DNA of 32,351 bases from an uncultured Candidatus Saccharibacteria bacterium (GCA_964355795.1 CAYHEQ010000002.1:1-32351); one strand, 5' to 3'. Numbered from the stretch's first letter, positions 1 through 8,497 are shown. Numbers and translations: made by a program. The notes: a model not told the origin generated them from the sequence alone.

Positions 1-444
1 TCTCAAATTAAAAATTATAAATCTAAAATTCGAAATTCCAATCTGCAATCTGCAATCTGCAATCTGCAAAGCTCCTCTCCTCGTCTTTATGTTGTCAAGC
101 TAGATGGCAAGAATAATCGTGTGATAATTGGCGAAGACAAGGACTTATTTGTCAAAAAATTGGTGGCCACGGAGGCCAATATCTTGGATACAGGTTTGCT
201 GAATATGCAGGGAAAAAAAGTTCTCGCCCAGATTCGCTCGGGTCAGGAACCACAGTTAGCTACCATAAAGCGAATCGCTACTGATTCTTCTCGCGTGAAT
301 CCCCCGATGTCCCAATCGGGGCAGGCGCGTGGTTCCGCGCTCGAACTAATGTTTGAGAAGCCAGTGCGCGCGGTGACTCCGGGGCAGAGCGTGGTTCTCT
401 ACGATAAATCAGGGAAGATGTTGGGGGGAGGGGTGATAAGCTAA
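1..444 (+). CDS. mnmA: tRNA 2-thiouridine(34) synthase MnmA, C-terminal part (5'-truncated by window edge)
   Basis: Frame 1 is open from base 1 (…PRLYVVKLDGKNNRVIIGEDKDL…) and ends with the MnmA C-terminal signature FEKPVRAVTPGQSVVLY…LGGGVI; TAA at 442-444. Confidence 0.88.
   Translation, partial: SQIKNYKSKIRNSNLQSAICNLQSSSPRLYVVKLDGKNNRVIIGEDKDLFVKKLVATEANILDTGLLNMQGKKVLAQIRSGQEPQLATIKRIATDSSRVNPPMSQSGQARGSALELMFEKPVRAVTPGQSVVLYDKSGKMLGGGVIS
39..69 (+). repeat. 7-bp tandem repeat (CAATCTG)x4 + CAA inside mnmA frame
   Basis: caatctg at 39, 46, 53 and 60. Confidence 0.9.
302..321. repeat. CCCCGAT…ATCGGGG hairpin element inside mnmA
   Basis: ccccgat-gtccca-atcgggg; same cccgatgt…aatcggg ends as the intergenic hairpin at 1112-1140. 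Confidence 0.6.
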
Positions 445-453
445 GAAACTAAG

Positions 454-526
454 CCCGCCTGCGTTTAATCTCTTGGCGAAATAGGTGATTATTCCTCTTC
501 GCCAAATAGATTTCACTTTTGGCGGG
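454..526. repeat. Long imperfect hairpin downstream of mnmA
   Basis: Nested inverted repeats cccgcc/ggcggg, aatct/agatt and ttggcgaa/ttcgccaa. Confidence 0.6.
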
Positions 527-635
527 TCGCACGAGACTATTGTATAGAAATCAAAGTGTGCGAAAAATAAGAAATTAAGAAATTATTTGGAATTAACCCC
601 TTAGGGCTTCAAAATTCTGAAAGAATTGAGTTCGC

Positions 636-714
636 GTAGGGGTGGGGCTTGCCCCCACCCTCGTAGAAAGGGCGACCGCAAATTAAAAAAGGCGACCGCA
701 AGGGTCGCCCCTAC
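636..714. repeat. GTAG-type REP inverted doublet (REPIN-like), second sequence family
   Basis: GTAGGGGTGGGGCTTGCCCCCACCC at 636-660 and GGCGACCGCAAGGGTCGCCCCTAC at 691-714; partial duplicate ggcgaccgcaa at 671. Confidence 0.8.
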
Positions 715-860
715 GTAATTTATTTTCTTATTTCTCCGCTTATTAAAGCGGTAAAAAAATAACGATTTGACATAAAATATAACTCGTATAAAATTGTATC
801 AGCATTATGATATGTGGGAAAATACTCTGGTAGCCAAAGAAAATTTTGTGGAAAACATAA

Positions 861-888
861 TTGACTTGATTATCAGGAAGTATATAAT
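861..888 (+). promoter_or_regulatory. Putative sigma70 promoter upstream of the S-layer-like gene
   Basis: TTGACT (861-866), 16-nt spacer, TATAAT (883-888). Confidence 0.55.
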
Positions 889-1111
889 GAATGATAGTTA
901 CGTTTGCAAAGGAGGATCCGGAGGCTACGATAAAACAATCGCAAAAGGCTGTTAAAGCCTTTGTAATGTTTGTCTGTAAAGCCGTTTTTTTGTTGATATT
1001 GGCACCTTAAAAACACGTGAAAAAAGTCTCAAAGATAACTAGTTGAAGTTGTGGAAAACTGTTGCTTTTGGTTGCGAAAGTTGTTGTGAATGAGATGGCT
1101 AAGAAATTAAG

Positions 1112-1179
1112 TCCCGATGTTCGCTATCGCGAAATCGGGATTCCGACTTCATTATATTAAAAAATATAGTGCGTCGGAA
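1112..1179. repeat. Tandem hairpins TCCCGAT…ATCGGGA and TTCCGAC…GTCGGAA
   Basis: Inverted repeats 1112-1118/1134-1140 and 1141-1147/1173-1179, each with further internal pairing. Confidence 0.65.
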
Positions 1180-1192
1180 AAAATTAAAAAAA

Positions 1193-1216
1193 TAAGAAAT
1201 TAAGAAATTAAGAAAT
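1193..1216 (+). repeat. 8-bp tandem repeat (TAAGAAAT)x3; two more copies at 568-583
   Basis: Read directly from the sequence. Confidence 0.8.
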
Positions 1217-1435
1217 CAAATTAATAAATTAAATTGATTGGAAGAGACATCGGAAGTTTTCATATCCATACAGTATTGTGTTATCGCTAACACAAAAAGG
1301 TCGAACCTTTCCCTTTTGGGGAAATATCGTATGGCAGAGAGCAGATGTCATGGAAGATCAGAAGAAAAATAAAAAATATAACTAATCCTAAATTTGCTTC
1401 CGAAATATTCGGAGCAAAAGGAGGTTACACATATT

Positions 1436-4400
1436 ATGCAATTAACTCTCAAATTACAAAAAGTGATCTATGGCGCTATGGTGGCGGCTATGGTCTTGGG
1501 CTTGTACTTCGCGTACAGCGCTCCAAAGGCTCTTGCCGCTCCCGCCTATGATTACAAATACATCACCCAGTCCCCATACCCTAGCAATTTGACCCCTGGT
1601 CAAGTGGTTAATGTCTGGGTTGAGGTGAAGAACACAGGCACCAAGACTTGGAAGAACGATGGGGTGAACCCAGTTCGTCTAGGCGCTGGTTCCTCATTCG
1701 GTTCATCCAGTCAGTCAAGAGACTACTCTTCCGAGTTTTATAACTCTGCAGGCTGGCTCTCTGCCAATCGCACTGTTGCTATTCGCGATGGAGTTATTCT
1801 CCCCGGTTGGCACACCAGATTTGAATTCACGATCAAGGCTCCTTCCGCTAACGGTTCCTACAAGGCCTACTTCACTCCAGTCGCCGAAGGCGCAACATGG
1901 ATGAAGGATATTGGTATGTACTGGGGCGTTACAGTTGGTGGCGGTTCTAGCGATACAGTTATTACTCCTCCTACTGGGACTGGCCTTGCTGTGTCCTTGG
2001 CTTCTGACAGCCCAGTGGCTGGTTCAGTCGCGCAAGCGGCTCAAAACGCTGTTTTCTCAAAAATCAATTTGACAGCCGGATCCGGTTCTGCCGTGACGGT
2101 CAGCTCCATCAAAGTAAAAAGAGGAGGCGTCAGCACTGATACGAGCATCTCTTCTATCAAGCTTTATGATGGTTCCACGCAAGTTGGTTCGACGCAATCG
2201 TTGAATACAATGTATGCGACATTCTCTCAATTGGCTCTAGCAATTCCAGCTGGGACCACAAAGACATTGTCTATCAAGGCTAATTTGTCTTCTACAGCCA
2301 CAGCTTCCTCTTCTATATCTTTGGGTATCAATGCTGTTGCCGATGTAGTATTGTCTGATACGGCTATCACTGTTTCTGGCTCATTCCCAGTAACCGGCAA
2401 TACCAAGACGGTAGCCAACTTTGTCGCTGGCGATGTTGATGTGGCCGCTTCTAGCACCACTCCAACTATTGCTCCTGGTTCAACCGACAACAATCTAGGT
2501 ACTTTGACTTTCACCGCTACTTCGGCTACTGAAAATATCTACCTAGATGCAGTCACTTTGACTAGTTCCGGTTCAGCTCCTGATGCTAATATTACCAATA
2601 TCACCATCAAGGACGGAGCGACTGTTTTGGGTAGCGCTTCATCTCTATCAAGCAGAAAAGCAATCATCAACCTCAACCCTGATGTCAAGGTAGTCGCTTC
2701 CGGCACCAAGACGTTGACGGTTTACGCTGATGTTTCATCTTCAACCGAAGACGCTAGAACAGTCATCCTCGGTGTTAACAAGAAAACCGATATTACCGCT
2801 TACGGCGAGGCTTCCGCTGGTGATATTACGGTTGACACCAACAGTTCGTTGACCTTCCCGGTCAATCTGGGCACTTCCACGACCAATATTGGCTCTCTGA
2901 CGGTAGCTGATGGCGCCAACAACCCATCTGCCTTGAATTATGTCAAGGGTACTACCGACAGAACTTACGAAGGAATCAAGTTCACGGCCGGTTCTGACGA
3001 GGGGATCAAGATCACCGAGCTGACCCTGACTTGTGTGGACGGAGCCACCGGTGATTGTAACGTGGACTTGAATAGCATCAAGCTATTTGACGGCGCAACG
3101 CAAGTCGGTTCCACTGGTTCATTCTCTGGCGACACCACTACCTTCTACTTGAACACGCCGATTGAAGTTGCTAAGGGCGCTTTCAAAGAGATTTTGGTCA
3201 AGGCTTCCGTTTCTATCGGCGCTACGACCAACGCTGTAACTGGTCCGCTCGTCAAGATTAACAATGTAGATACCGATATCACAGCCTATGGTCTAGCTTC
3301 CGGTATTGAATTGGCCGACGCCGCTGTTTCCGGTACTCCTACCGGCAACGCCCACACTATCGCCGCTAAGGGAACTCTCGTAGTTTCTCTGGCTTCTGGT
3401 AGTACCGCGACGGCTACTATCTCTCCGGGTATCACTGGTGTCACTTTCACGAAATTCGACCTCACGGCTGGTTCCGGTGAGGATGTCGATGTCAGCTCTA
3501 TCACTGTTCGCGCTTACGAAGTTGGCGACACTACCAACGCTGATGTTGTTGATACTAGTGAATTAGCCAATGTGAAATTGATGGACGGGACGACGCAAAT
3601 CGGTTCAGCTGTGTCCAACCCAGCCTCTGGGGTGGCTAGCTTCGCCGCTAATTTGAGAATCCCCGCTAGTAGCACTAAGACTTTGAGTATCATTGGCGAT
3701 GTGCCTTCAAGTCACGCAGTTTCAGCCACGAACACAAATTACATCAAGTTTTCTGTTCCTGGCGCTGGTACCATTGCTGACGACATTACTTCTACTGGCG
3801 TGATGTCTACTGCAGATGTCGTGGAGACTGGCGCGGCTACCGGTAATTTGATGACTGTTGCCGTCGGTACAATTGCGACTTCTATGGGAGCAACCCCAGT
3901 AGCTAGCAATATCGTTATCGGCTCGGCGGATGTGACTCTAGGCAATATTATCTTGACGGCTGGCACCGCTGAAAATGTGGTCGTCAATTCGGTCATCATC
4001 TCTAACGGTGGCGCTACTGGTGGCACTGGAGTTACTACTACCTATACTGATGTCACCAATGTAAAACTCTTCGATGGCTCTACACAAGTAGGTGACACAG
4101 TGGCTTCGCTCACCGATGTTGTCGGTGAAGATACGGCCACCTTCTCTGGTCTGGCCTTGACGCTCACTGCTGGTGGCCAGAAGGTATTGACCATCAAGGG
4201 TACTATCCCTTCTTCTGCTACGAACGCCAATAAGGTCAGCTTCGGTATCAATACTGCGGGAGACATTGATGGCACTGGTGTGAAGTCTAATACGGCGATT
4301 AGTTCTAGCGGTACCGGGTACTCTCCTATTCAGACTATTACTACCAGCACCACCTTGACTATCTCGCAACACTCTTCTACCGCAGTTACCGCGATAGTCG

Positions 4401-5446
4401 TTCCTGGCACTTCCAAGGTGGACTACACTGTGTTGAACTTGTACACCAACAACGAAGACGCAGTCATTACCGAAATGACCGTAACCAGGACAGACACTAC
4501 TGGTTCTGGCGCTGGCGATTTCTCTGGTCTCTACATCACTGACGGCTCAACCGTCTATGGCCCAATTGTTTCTGCTGGCACTACCTACGCCTTCAACAAT
4601 CTGGCTATTCCGGTCACTAAGGCTGTCAATAAGCAGATCAAGATTAGCGCTACTTTGAACGGTGTTGGTTCTGGCGCAACCTCTGGTAACGCAGCCAAAT
4701 TCGGTATCGATTCTATCGGTAATGTTGTCGCAAGAGGCGCCCTGTCAAATATTAGTGCTACCATCTCTGGCACGCCTAACGGCAATGAATTGATTGTCAG
4801 AAAAGGCAAGCCAGTAGTAACGCTCAATGCTTTGCCAACTACGACCTTGAGCAACACCACTGTAACCTTGGCGAAATTCACAGTCTTGGCTTCTGGTGGT
4901 GATATTGCTATTAAGAAAATGCAGTTTGGAACTCTTGTCATCTCTGGTACAACCCCAGCTATTACGGGTGCCGTAACGATCTATGATATGGCTAACTCCG
5001 GTACTGCTCTTACTGCTACCATCACAGATGGAGCTGCTAATGCTCCTGGTAATACTACCGGATTTGCAAATACCGAAGACATAATCATTGTCTTTGGCAC
5101 CATGCAAGAAATAGCAGCTGGTCAATCCAAGACCTATGAAGTCAAGGCGACCGTCAGTGGTTCGGCTACGGCTGGAGACACAATTCAGACAAGATTCGCC
5201 GCTTTGGATGTCGATGAGGATGCATTGGCAGAGAATGTGACTGAATTCGTGATAGATGATACTCTCACCGAAGGATCTGTGTTGTCTTCTGCCATCGGTA
5301 CGATAACAAGCAGAGATGACTCCGTCTTCATCTGGTCTGATAAATCTGCCGCTACGACTACTCCTACTACGGGTGCCTCCTCTACTGACTGGACGAACGG
5401 CTACGCGCTGAATCTGCCAACCGACTATCAGTCATTGACGAGATAA
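1436..5446 (+). CDS. Large secreted S-layer-like surface protein (1336 aa): N-terminal NBR1-Ig-like-type domain plus about 7 beta-rich repeats
   Basis: ATG 1436 follows an AAGGAGGT RBS; signal peptide ending PKALA-A; T/S/G/A/V-rich; recurring motif (S/N)(I/V)KL(Y/F/M)DG(S/A/T)TQ(V/I)G; codon usage strongly skewed to GCT/ACT/ACC/GGT/TCT, as in highly expressed genes. Confidence 0.8.
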   Translation: MQLTLKLQKVIYGAMVAAMVLGLYFAYSAPKALAAPAYDYKYITQSPYPSNLTPGQVVNVWVEVKNTGTKTWKNDGVNPVRLGAGSSFGSSSQSRDYSSEFYNSAGWLSANRTVAIRDGVILPGWHTRFEFTIKAPSANGSYKAYFTPVAEGATWMKDIGMYWGVTVGGGSSDTVITPPTGTGLAVSLASDSPVAGSVAQAAQNAVFSKINLTAGSGSAVTVSSIKVKRGGVSTDTSISSIKLYDGSTQVGSTQSLNTMYATFSQLALAIPAGTTKTLSIKANLSSTATASSSISLGINAVADVVLSDTAITVSGSFPVTGNTKTVANFVAGDVDVAASSTTPTIAPGSTDNNLGTLTFTATSATENIYLDAVTLTSSGSAPDANITNITIKDGATVLGSASSLSSRKAIINLNPDVKVVASGTKTLTVYADVSSSTEDARTVILGVNKKTDITAYGEASAGDITVDTNSSLTFPVNLGTSTTNIGSLTVADGANNPSALNYVKGTTDRTYEGIKFTAGSDEGIKITELTLTCVDGATGDCNVDLNSIKLFDGATQVGSTGSFSGDTTTFYLNTPIEVAKGAFKEILVKASVSIGATTNAVTGPLVKINNVDTDITAYGLASGIELADAAVSGTPTGNAHTIAAKGTLVVSLASGSTATATISPGITGVTFTKFDLTAGSGEDVDVSSITVRAYEVGDTTNADVVDTSELANVKLMDGTTQIGSAVSNPASGVASFAANLRIPASSTKTLSIIGDVPSSHAVSATNTNYIKFSVPGAGTIADDITSTGVMSTADVVETGAATGNLMTVAVGTIATSMGATPVASNIVIGSADVTLGNIILTAGTAENVVVNSVIISNGGATGGTGVTTTYTDVTNVKLFDGSTQVGDTVASLTDVVGEDTATFSGLALTLTAGGQKVLTIKGTIPSSATNANKVSFGINTAGDIDGTGVKSNTAISSSGTGYSPIQTITTSTTLTISQHSSTAVTAIVVPGTSKVDYTVLNLYTNNEDAVITEMTVTRTDTTGSGAGDFSGLYITDGSTVYGPIVSAGTTYAFNNLAIPVTKAVNKQIKISATLNGVGSGATSGNAAKFGIDSIGNVVARGALSNISATISGTPNGNELIVRKGKPVVTLNALPTTTLSNTTVTLAKFTVLASGGDIAIKKMQFGTLVISGTTPAITGAVTIYDMANSGTALTATITDGAANAPGNTTGFANTEDIIIVFGTMQEIAAGQSKTYEVKATVSGSATAGDTIQTRFAALDVDEDALAENVTEFVIDDTLTEGSVLSSAIGTITSRDDSVFIWSDKSAATTTPTTGASSTDWTNGYALNLPTDYQSLTR

Positions 5447-5485
5447 TTGTTGAAATGAACGTTTCCGGATAGCGCAGAAATCCGC

Positions 5486-5517
5486 CAAGACCCCTTCGAG
5501 CAATCGGAGGGGTCTTG
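5486..5517 (+). terminator. Strong hairpin after the S-layer-like gene (terminator or 3' stabiliser)
   Basis: caagaccccttcga-gcaa-tcggaggggtcttg; U-tract is weak. Confidence 0.6.
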
Positions 5518-5521
5518 AGTT

Positions 5522-5582
5522 GGGGCGTGATTAATCTTTATTGTATTGATTTTCGTAGGGGCGCGATTAATCGCGCCCCTAC
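5522..5582. repeat. Composite REP unit: degenerate half REP + TATTGTATTGATTTTC linker + full 28-bp REP (5555-5582)
   Basis: GTAGGGGCGCGATTAATCGCGCCCCTAC is a perfect palindrome. Confidence 0.92.
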
Positions 5583-5616
5583 GGGGAAATTAATGTATAG
5601 ATTTCAGACAACAATT

Positions 5617-6258
5617 ATGCAGAAAGAAAAAATCCAATATATTTTCATCTATTCTATTATAGGGTTGGTTATCCTGGGCATTATCGCTGTGGGGATTTAT
5701 TTTTTCGTAGGCTATATGAAGTGGCAGGGATACAAGAGCAACCCGAATAAAAAGACATTCGCAGAAATGGTAGAAAAAATCTATCAAAAACCAAGGGGGG
5801 AAAGGACAGGGGACGACTATCTTTCTCTCGGTGGCGCTTACTATTCTTTGGGGATGTTTGGCCACGCCATTAATGCCTATAAGACTTCGGATGAGATAAC
5901 GACTAGTCCCGTGGCGCTTCGTAATATAGGCAATGTCTATAAAGATACGAAGCAATATCCAAAGGCAGAAAAATATTATCTCCAGAGTATGGAGCTGGAC
6001 CCTTCAGAAACGCAGACCTTCGTAGATCTTTTTGAATTGTATAAAATCCCATGGAATGGTCAAAAATATAGTTCTGAAACGATTTTGCAATTAGGGATTG
6101 GCAAAATGGCCGATAATACTAGTCTTTTAGCCACATTAGCTAATTATTATAAAGAAATTGGCAATAAAGAAAAAGCCATAGAATATTACCGAAAGGTCTT
6201 AAAGGTGAAGCCCAGCAATGAAGCGGCAAAAAGGGAATTGGAGGAATTATTATTGTAG
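5617..6258 (+). CDS. Membrane-anchored tetratricopeptide repeat protein
   Basis: N-terminal TM helix (YIFIYSIIGLVILGIIAVGIYFFV); TPR motifs YLSLGGAYYSLGMFGHAINAY, ALRNIGNVYKDTKQYPKAEKYY and LATLANYYKEIGNKEKAIEYYRKVL. Start at 5617 or 5593; the stop TAG is part of a REP GTAG. Confidence 0.85.
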   Translation: MQKEKIQYIFIYSIIGLVILGIIAVGIYFFVGYMKWQGYKSNPNKKTFAEMVEKIYQKPRGERTGDDYLSLGGAYYSLGMFGHAINAYKTSDEITTSPVALRNIGNVYKDTKQYPKAEKYYLQSMELDPSETQTFVDLFELYKIPWNGQKYSSETILQLGIGKMADNTSLLATLANYYKEIGNKEKAIEYYRKVLKVKPSNEAAKRELEELLL

Positions 6259-6321
6259 GGGCGCGATTAATCGCTATTGTATTGATTTTCGTTGTAGGGG
6301 CGCGATTAATCGCGCCCCTAC
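6255..6321. repeat. Composite REP unit: half REP (6255-6274) + same 16-bp linker + full REP (6294-6321)
   Basis: Near-identical direct repeat of 5522-5582. Confidence 0.92.
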
Positions 6322-6334
6322 GGAGAAAAAAATA

Positions 6335-6353
6335 GGCCCCCATTCTGGGGGCC
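6335..6353 (-). terminator. Intrinsic terminator between convergent genes
   Basis: ggccccca-ttc-tgggggcc with an A-run on the left (U-tract on the minus strand) and a short T-run on the right. Confidence 0.65.
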
Positions 6354-6379
6354 CTTTCGGTTGCTAATGAAAAATCCTC

Positions 6380-8497
6380 TTAACGGAGCTGATATTTCTT
6401 GATTTGTCCGTCGAGGATGAAGACGCGACTATTGCCACTCCCGTCTCCGTAATTGCCGGAAGTGACCAGAGCTTGGGGGTCGTCGAGGTGGCCAGTGCCA
6501 CTTTCTTGGCCGAACTCTCCTTTGACCACGCCTTGGTCGTCAAAGACCTGGACACGGGTTTTTTCCAGGACGAAAACCATATCGTCCTTATCCACGGTGA
6601 TGTCCACCATATCGTCGCCGAACTGGCCGGCACCGGTTCCCGGGGATCCCCATGTTTTCAGGAGAGTGGGAGCGTATGGCCATACGCCCCTACTAATCTT
6701 GACGATGCGGTGGTTTCCCGCATCCAAGATGTAGATGTCGGTCGCATTCGTGGCGGAAGCCTTGGGGGTGTCCAGATCGGCGGAATACGTCCAGATGAAA
6801 GTCCCGTTCGGTTCGTACTTCCTGACATTGCCGGCATCAGGATCGGTAATGATCCAGTTGCCATCCATATCGCATTCCAGACGGGCATTGTCTCCCGCTT
6901 CCGCGCTGAAATTTAGTTTGCGGGAGAGCGAAGAACGGTAGAAGACCGTTAGGCGATCCTGGTAGGTATCCAGGAACCCAATGAGACCTTGCGTCGCGCA
7001 GGCCGCTATGGTTGTCGGCGCCGTCACGCTGTATGGTCCGGGGCTGGTGATGTTGTAAGAGCTCCCGCCCCCGTCCACTCCGTCATCCCACAGGTAGCCA
7101 CCCGAGGGATTGCCGTCCGTGTCCTGGATGGCAAAAACATTGTTGTAATTGATGCTTTCGACAGTGCCGAAAAATCCGGCGATGTCGTTGGCGGTGCGAC
7201 CCCAGCCGAGCTCGTACTCGTATAGTCCCGTTTCCGTTCCCCCTCCGCTCGTTACCACTGTGACCGTGGTCGTGCAGGTGTTGCTCCCGCCGGTGCCGGT
7301 GACCGTGCCGGTCGCTGTGTAGGTGCCGGTCGCGGTGTAAGTCTTGCTCGTGCTCCCGCTTGCGCTGGAGTTGGAGTAAGCATTCGACCCGTCGCCGAAG
7401 GAAATGCTCATCCCCGTGAAGCCCGATCCGCTCACTGTCCAACTGATGCTGGTGGCCGAATTGACGTTCGGATTGCTGGGGCTGGCCGAGAGACTGCAGG
7501 TCGGAGCGGACGGGTTGGAAGTCTCTCCGTAGTAGATGCTGGTTGCGACTTTCGTCTGGGAATTATTCGGATCTTCCGAACTCCAGCCGGCATCGTCCAC
7601 GCACCAGATCTTGATGTTGTTGTCGCCGGAAATAAGAGAGATCTCTTGATCCCAGGAGATCCAGACATCTTGTCCGATCTTGTCGGGATCGTCGTAACTC
7701 ACCATTTCCGCTGTGGCTGAACCGATTTGCAACCATAGGTTGCAGTCGGGGCGTTTGTTGCCCCCGATTATCGGAGTGGAGTCGGTGGTTGGTGATTCCA
7801 CCGTGTCCACAATGGGTGGATCGGGGCGGGTGGTGTCCAGCGTTGTGTCAAAGATCGTTCCGCCACTGGGCCTGTTGGAGCTGTCGCGACAGACGAAAAT
7901 ATGATGATTGGGTCCCTCCACCAGGGTCAAAGAATAGACCGACTGAGTGGAGCCATCGCGATTGACAATGATCTCTTGCCCGTCCATCTCCAAAGTGGGA
8001 CAATTGCTCCCCGTTTTGAAGGTGAGGGTCATGGACGGAGTTGTCACCACGGTCGGAATCGTCCCTACGAATCCGGGCGCCGAAGGACCGCCTTCAGGGC
8101 GATTGTTGACGATGATGGTGGCCGTGTAGGGTCCGGCAGTGTTGGTGCCGTCCGTCAAGGTCGCCGAGACGCCGAAGGTGCCGGTCTGCGCGTAAAGGTG
8201 GTACTTGTTGCAGGTCGCACCTTCGATTTTTCCGCCGTCACCGAAGCTGAAGTTGCAGGACAAAGAAGCCCCCTGTTTGCCTCCTGACGGTGTGCCGGAA
8301 CAGCGAACGGAATCGTTCTGATAGATGCTGGTCGGCTCACAACCCCAGTCCAAGAGCTTCAAGGGCTTTTCTTCCGTTGGAGGTGGAGCGGAAGCGCCAC
8401 CGCCTCCGCCACAGCCGACCAGAAACAGGGAAAAAACAAGCGTCAAAATGCCCGCGACCCGGGCAGGGGTCCAACCGAAATGGTTGAATTTCTTCAT
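6380..8497 (-). CDS. Putative lipoprotein with two PKD domains, Ig-like segments and a C-terminal NHL-repeat beta-propeller
   Basis: ATG 8497 after a GGGAGG RBS; lipobox LVG-C followed by a Gly linker; PKD motifs FSFGDG…YAQTGTFGV and ISFGDG…YTATGTYTA; NHL motif WGSPGTGAGQF…DITVDKDDMVFV; visibly GC-richer than its neighbours. Confidence 0.8.
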   Translation of the reverse strand: MKKFNHFGWTPARVAGILTLVFSLFLVGCGGGGGASAPPPTEEKPLKLLDWGCEPTSIYQNDSVRCSGTPSGGKQGASLSCNFSFGDGGKIEGATCNKYHLYAQTGTFGVSATLTDGTNTAGPYTATIIVNNRPEGGPSAPGFVGTIPTVVTTPSMTLTFKTGSNCPTLEMDGQEIIVNRDGSTQSVYSLTLVEGPNHHIFVCRDSSNRPSGGTIFDTTLDTTRPDPPIVDTVESPTTDSTPIIGGNKRPDCNLWLQIGSATAEMVSYDDPDKIGQDVWISWDQEISLISGDNNIKIWCVDDAGWSSEDPNNSQTKVATSIYYGETSNPSAPTCSLSASPSNPNVNSATSISWTVSGSGFTGMSISFGDGSNAYSNSSASGSTSKTYTATGTYTATGTVTGTGGSNTCTTTVTVVTSGGGTETGLYEYELGWGRTANDIAGFFGTVESINYNNVFAIQDTDGNPSGGYLWDDGVDGGGSSYNITSPGPYSVTAPTTIAACATQGLIGFLDTYQDRLTVFYRSSLSRKLNFSAEAGDNARLECDMDGNWIITDPDAGNVRKYEPNGTFIWTYSADLDTPKASATNATDIYILDAGNHRIVKISRGVWPYAPTLLKTWGSPGTGAGQFGDDMVDITVDKDDMVFVLEKTRVQVFDDQGVVKGEFGQESGTGHLDDPQALVTSGNYGDGSGNSRVFILDGQIKKYQLR

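Noticed and set aside
813-1093. Replication origin
   Set aside because: Only two consensus DnaA boxes, no dnaA/dnaN nearby, and skew cannot be judged from this window.
1345-1551. 68-aa ORF and the TTG start at 1394
   Set aside because: The small ORF overlaps the S-layer gene out of frame; the AAGGAGGT RBS supports ATG 1436.
2227-5125. Multiple antisense ORFs within the S-layer gene
   Set aside because: Shadow ORFs caused by biased codon usage; no RBS or recognisable motifs.
5515-5592. N-terminal extension of the TPR ORF containing RGAINRAPT
   Set aside because: It begins at a TTG inside the terminator hairpin and runs through a REP; likely an ORF-calling artefact.
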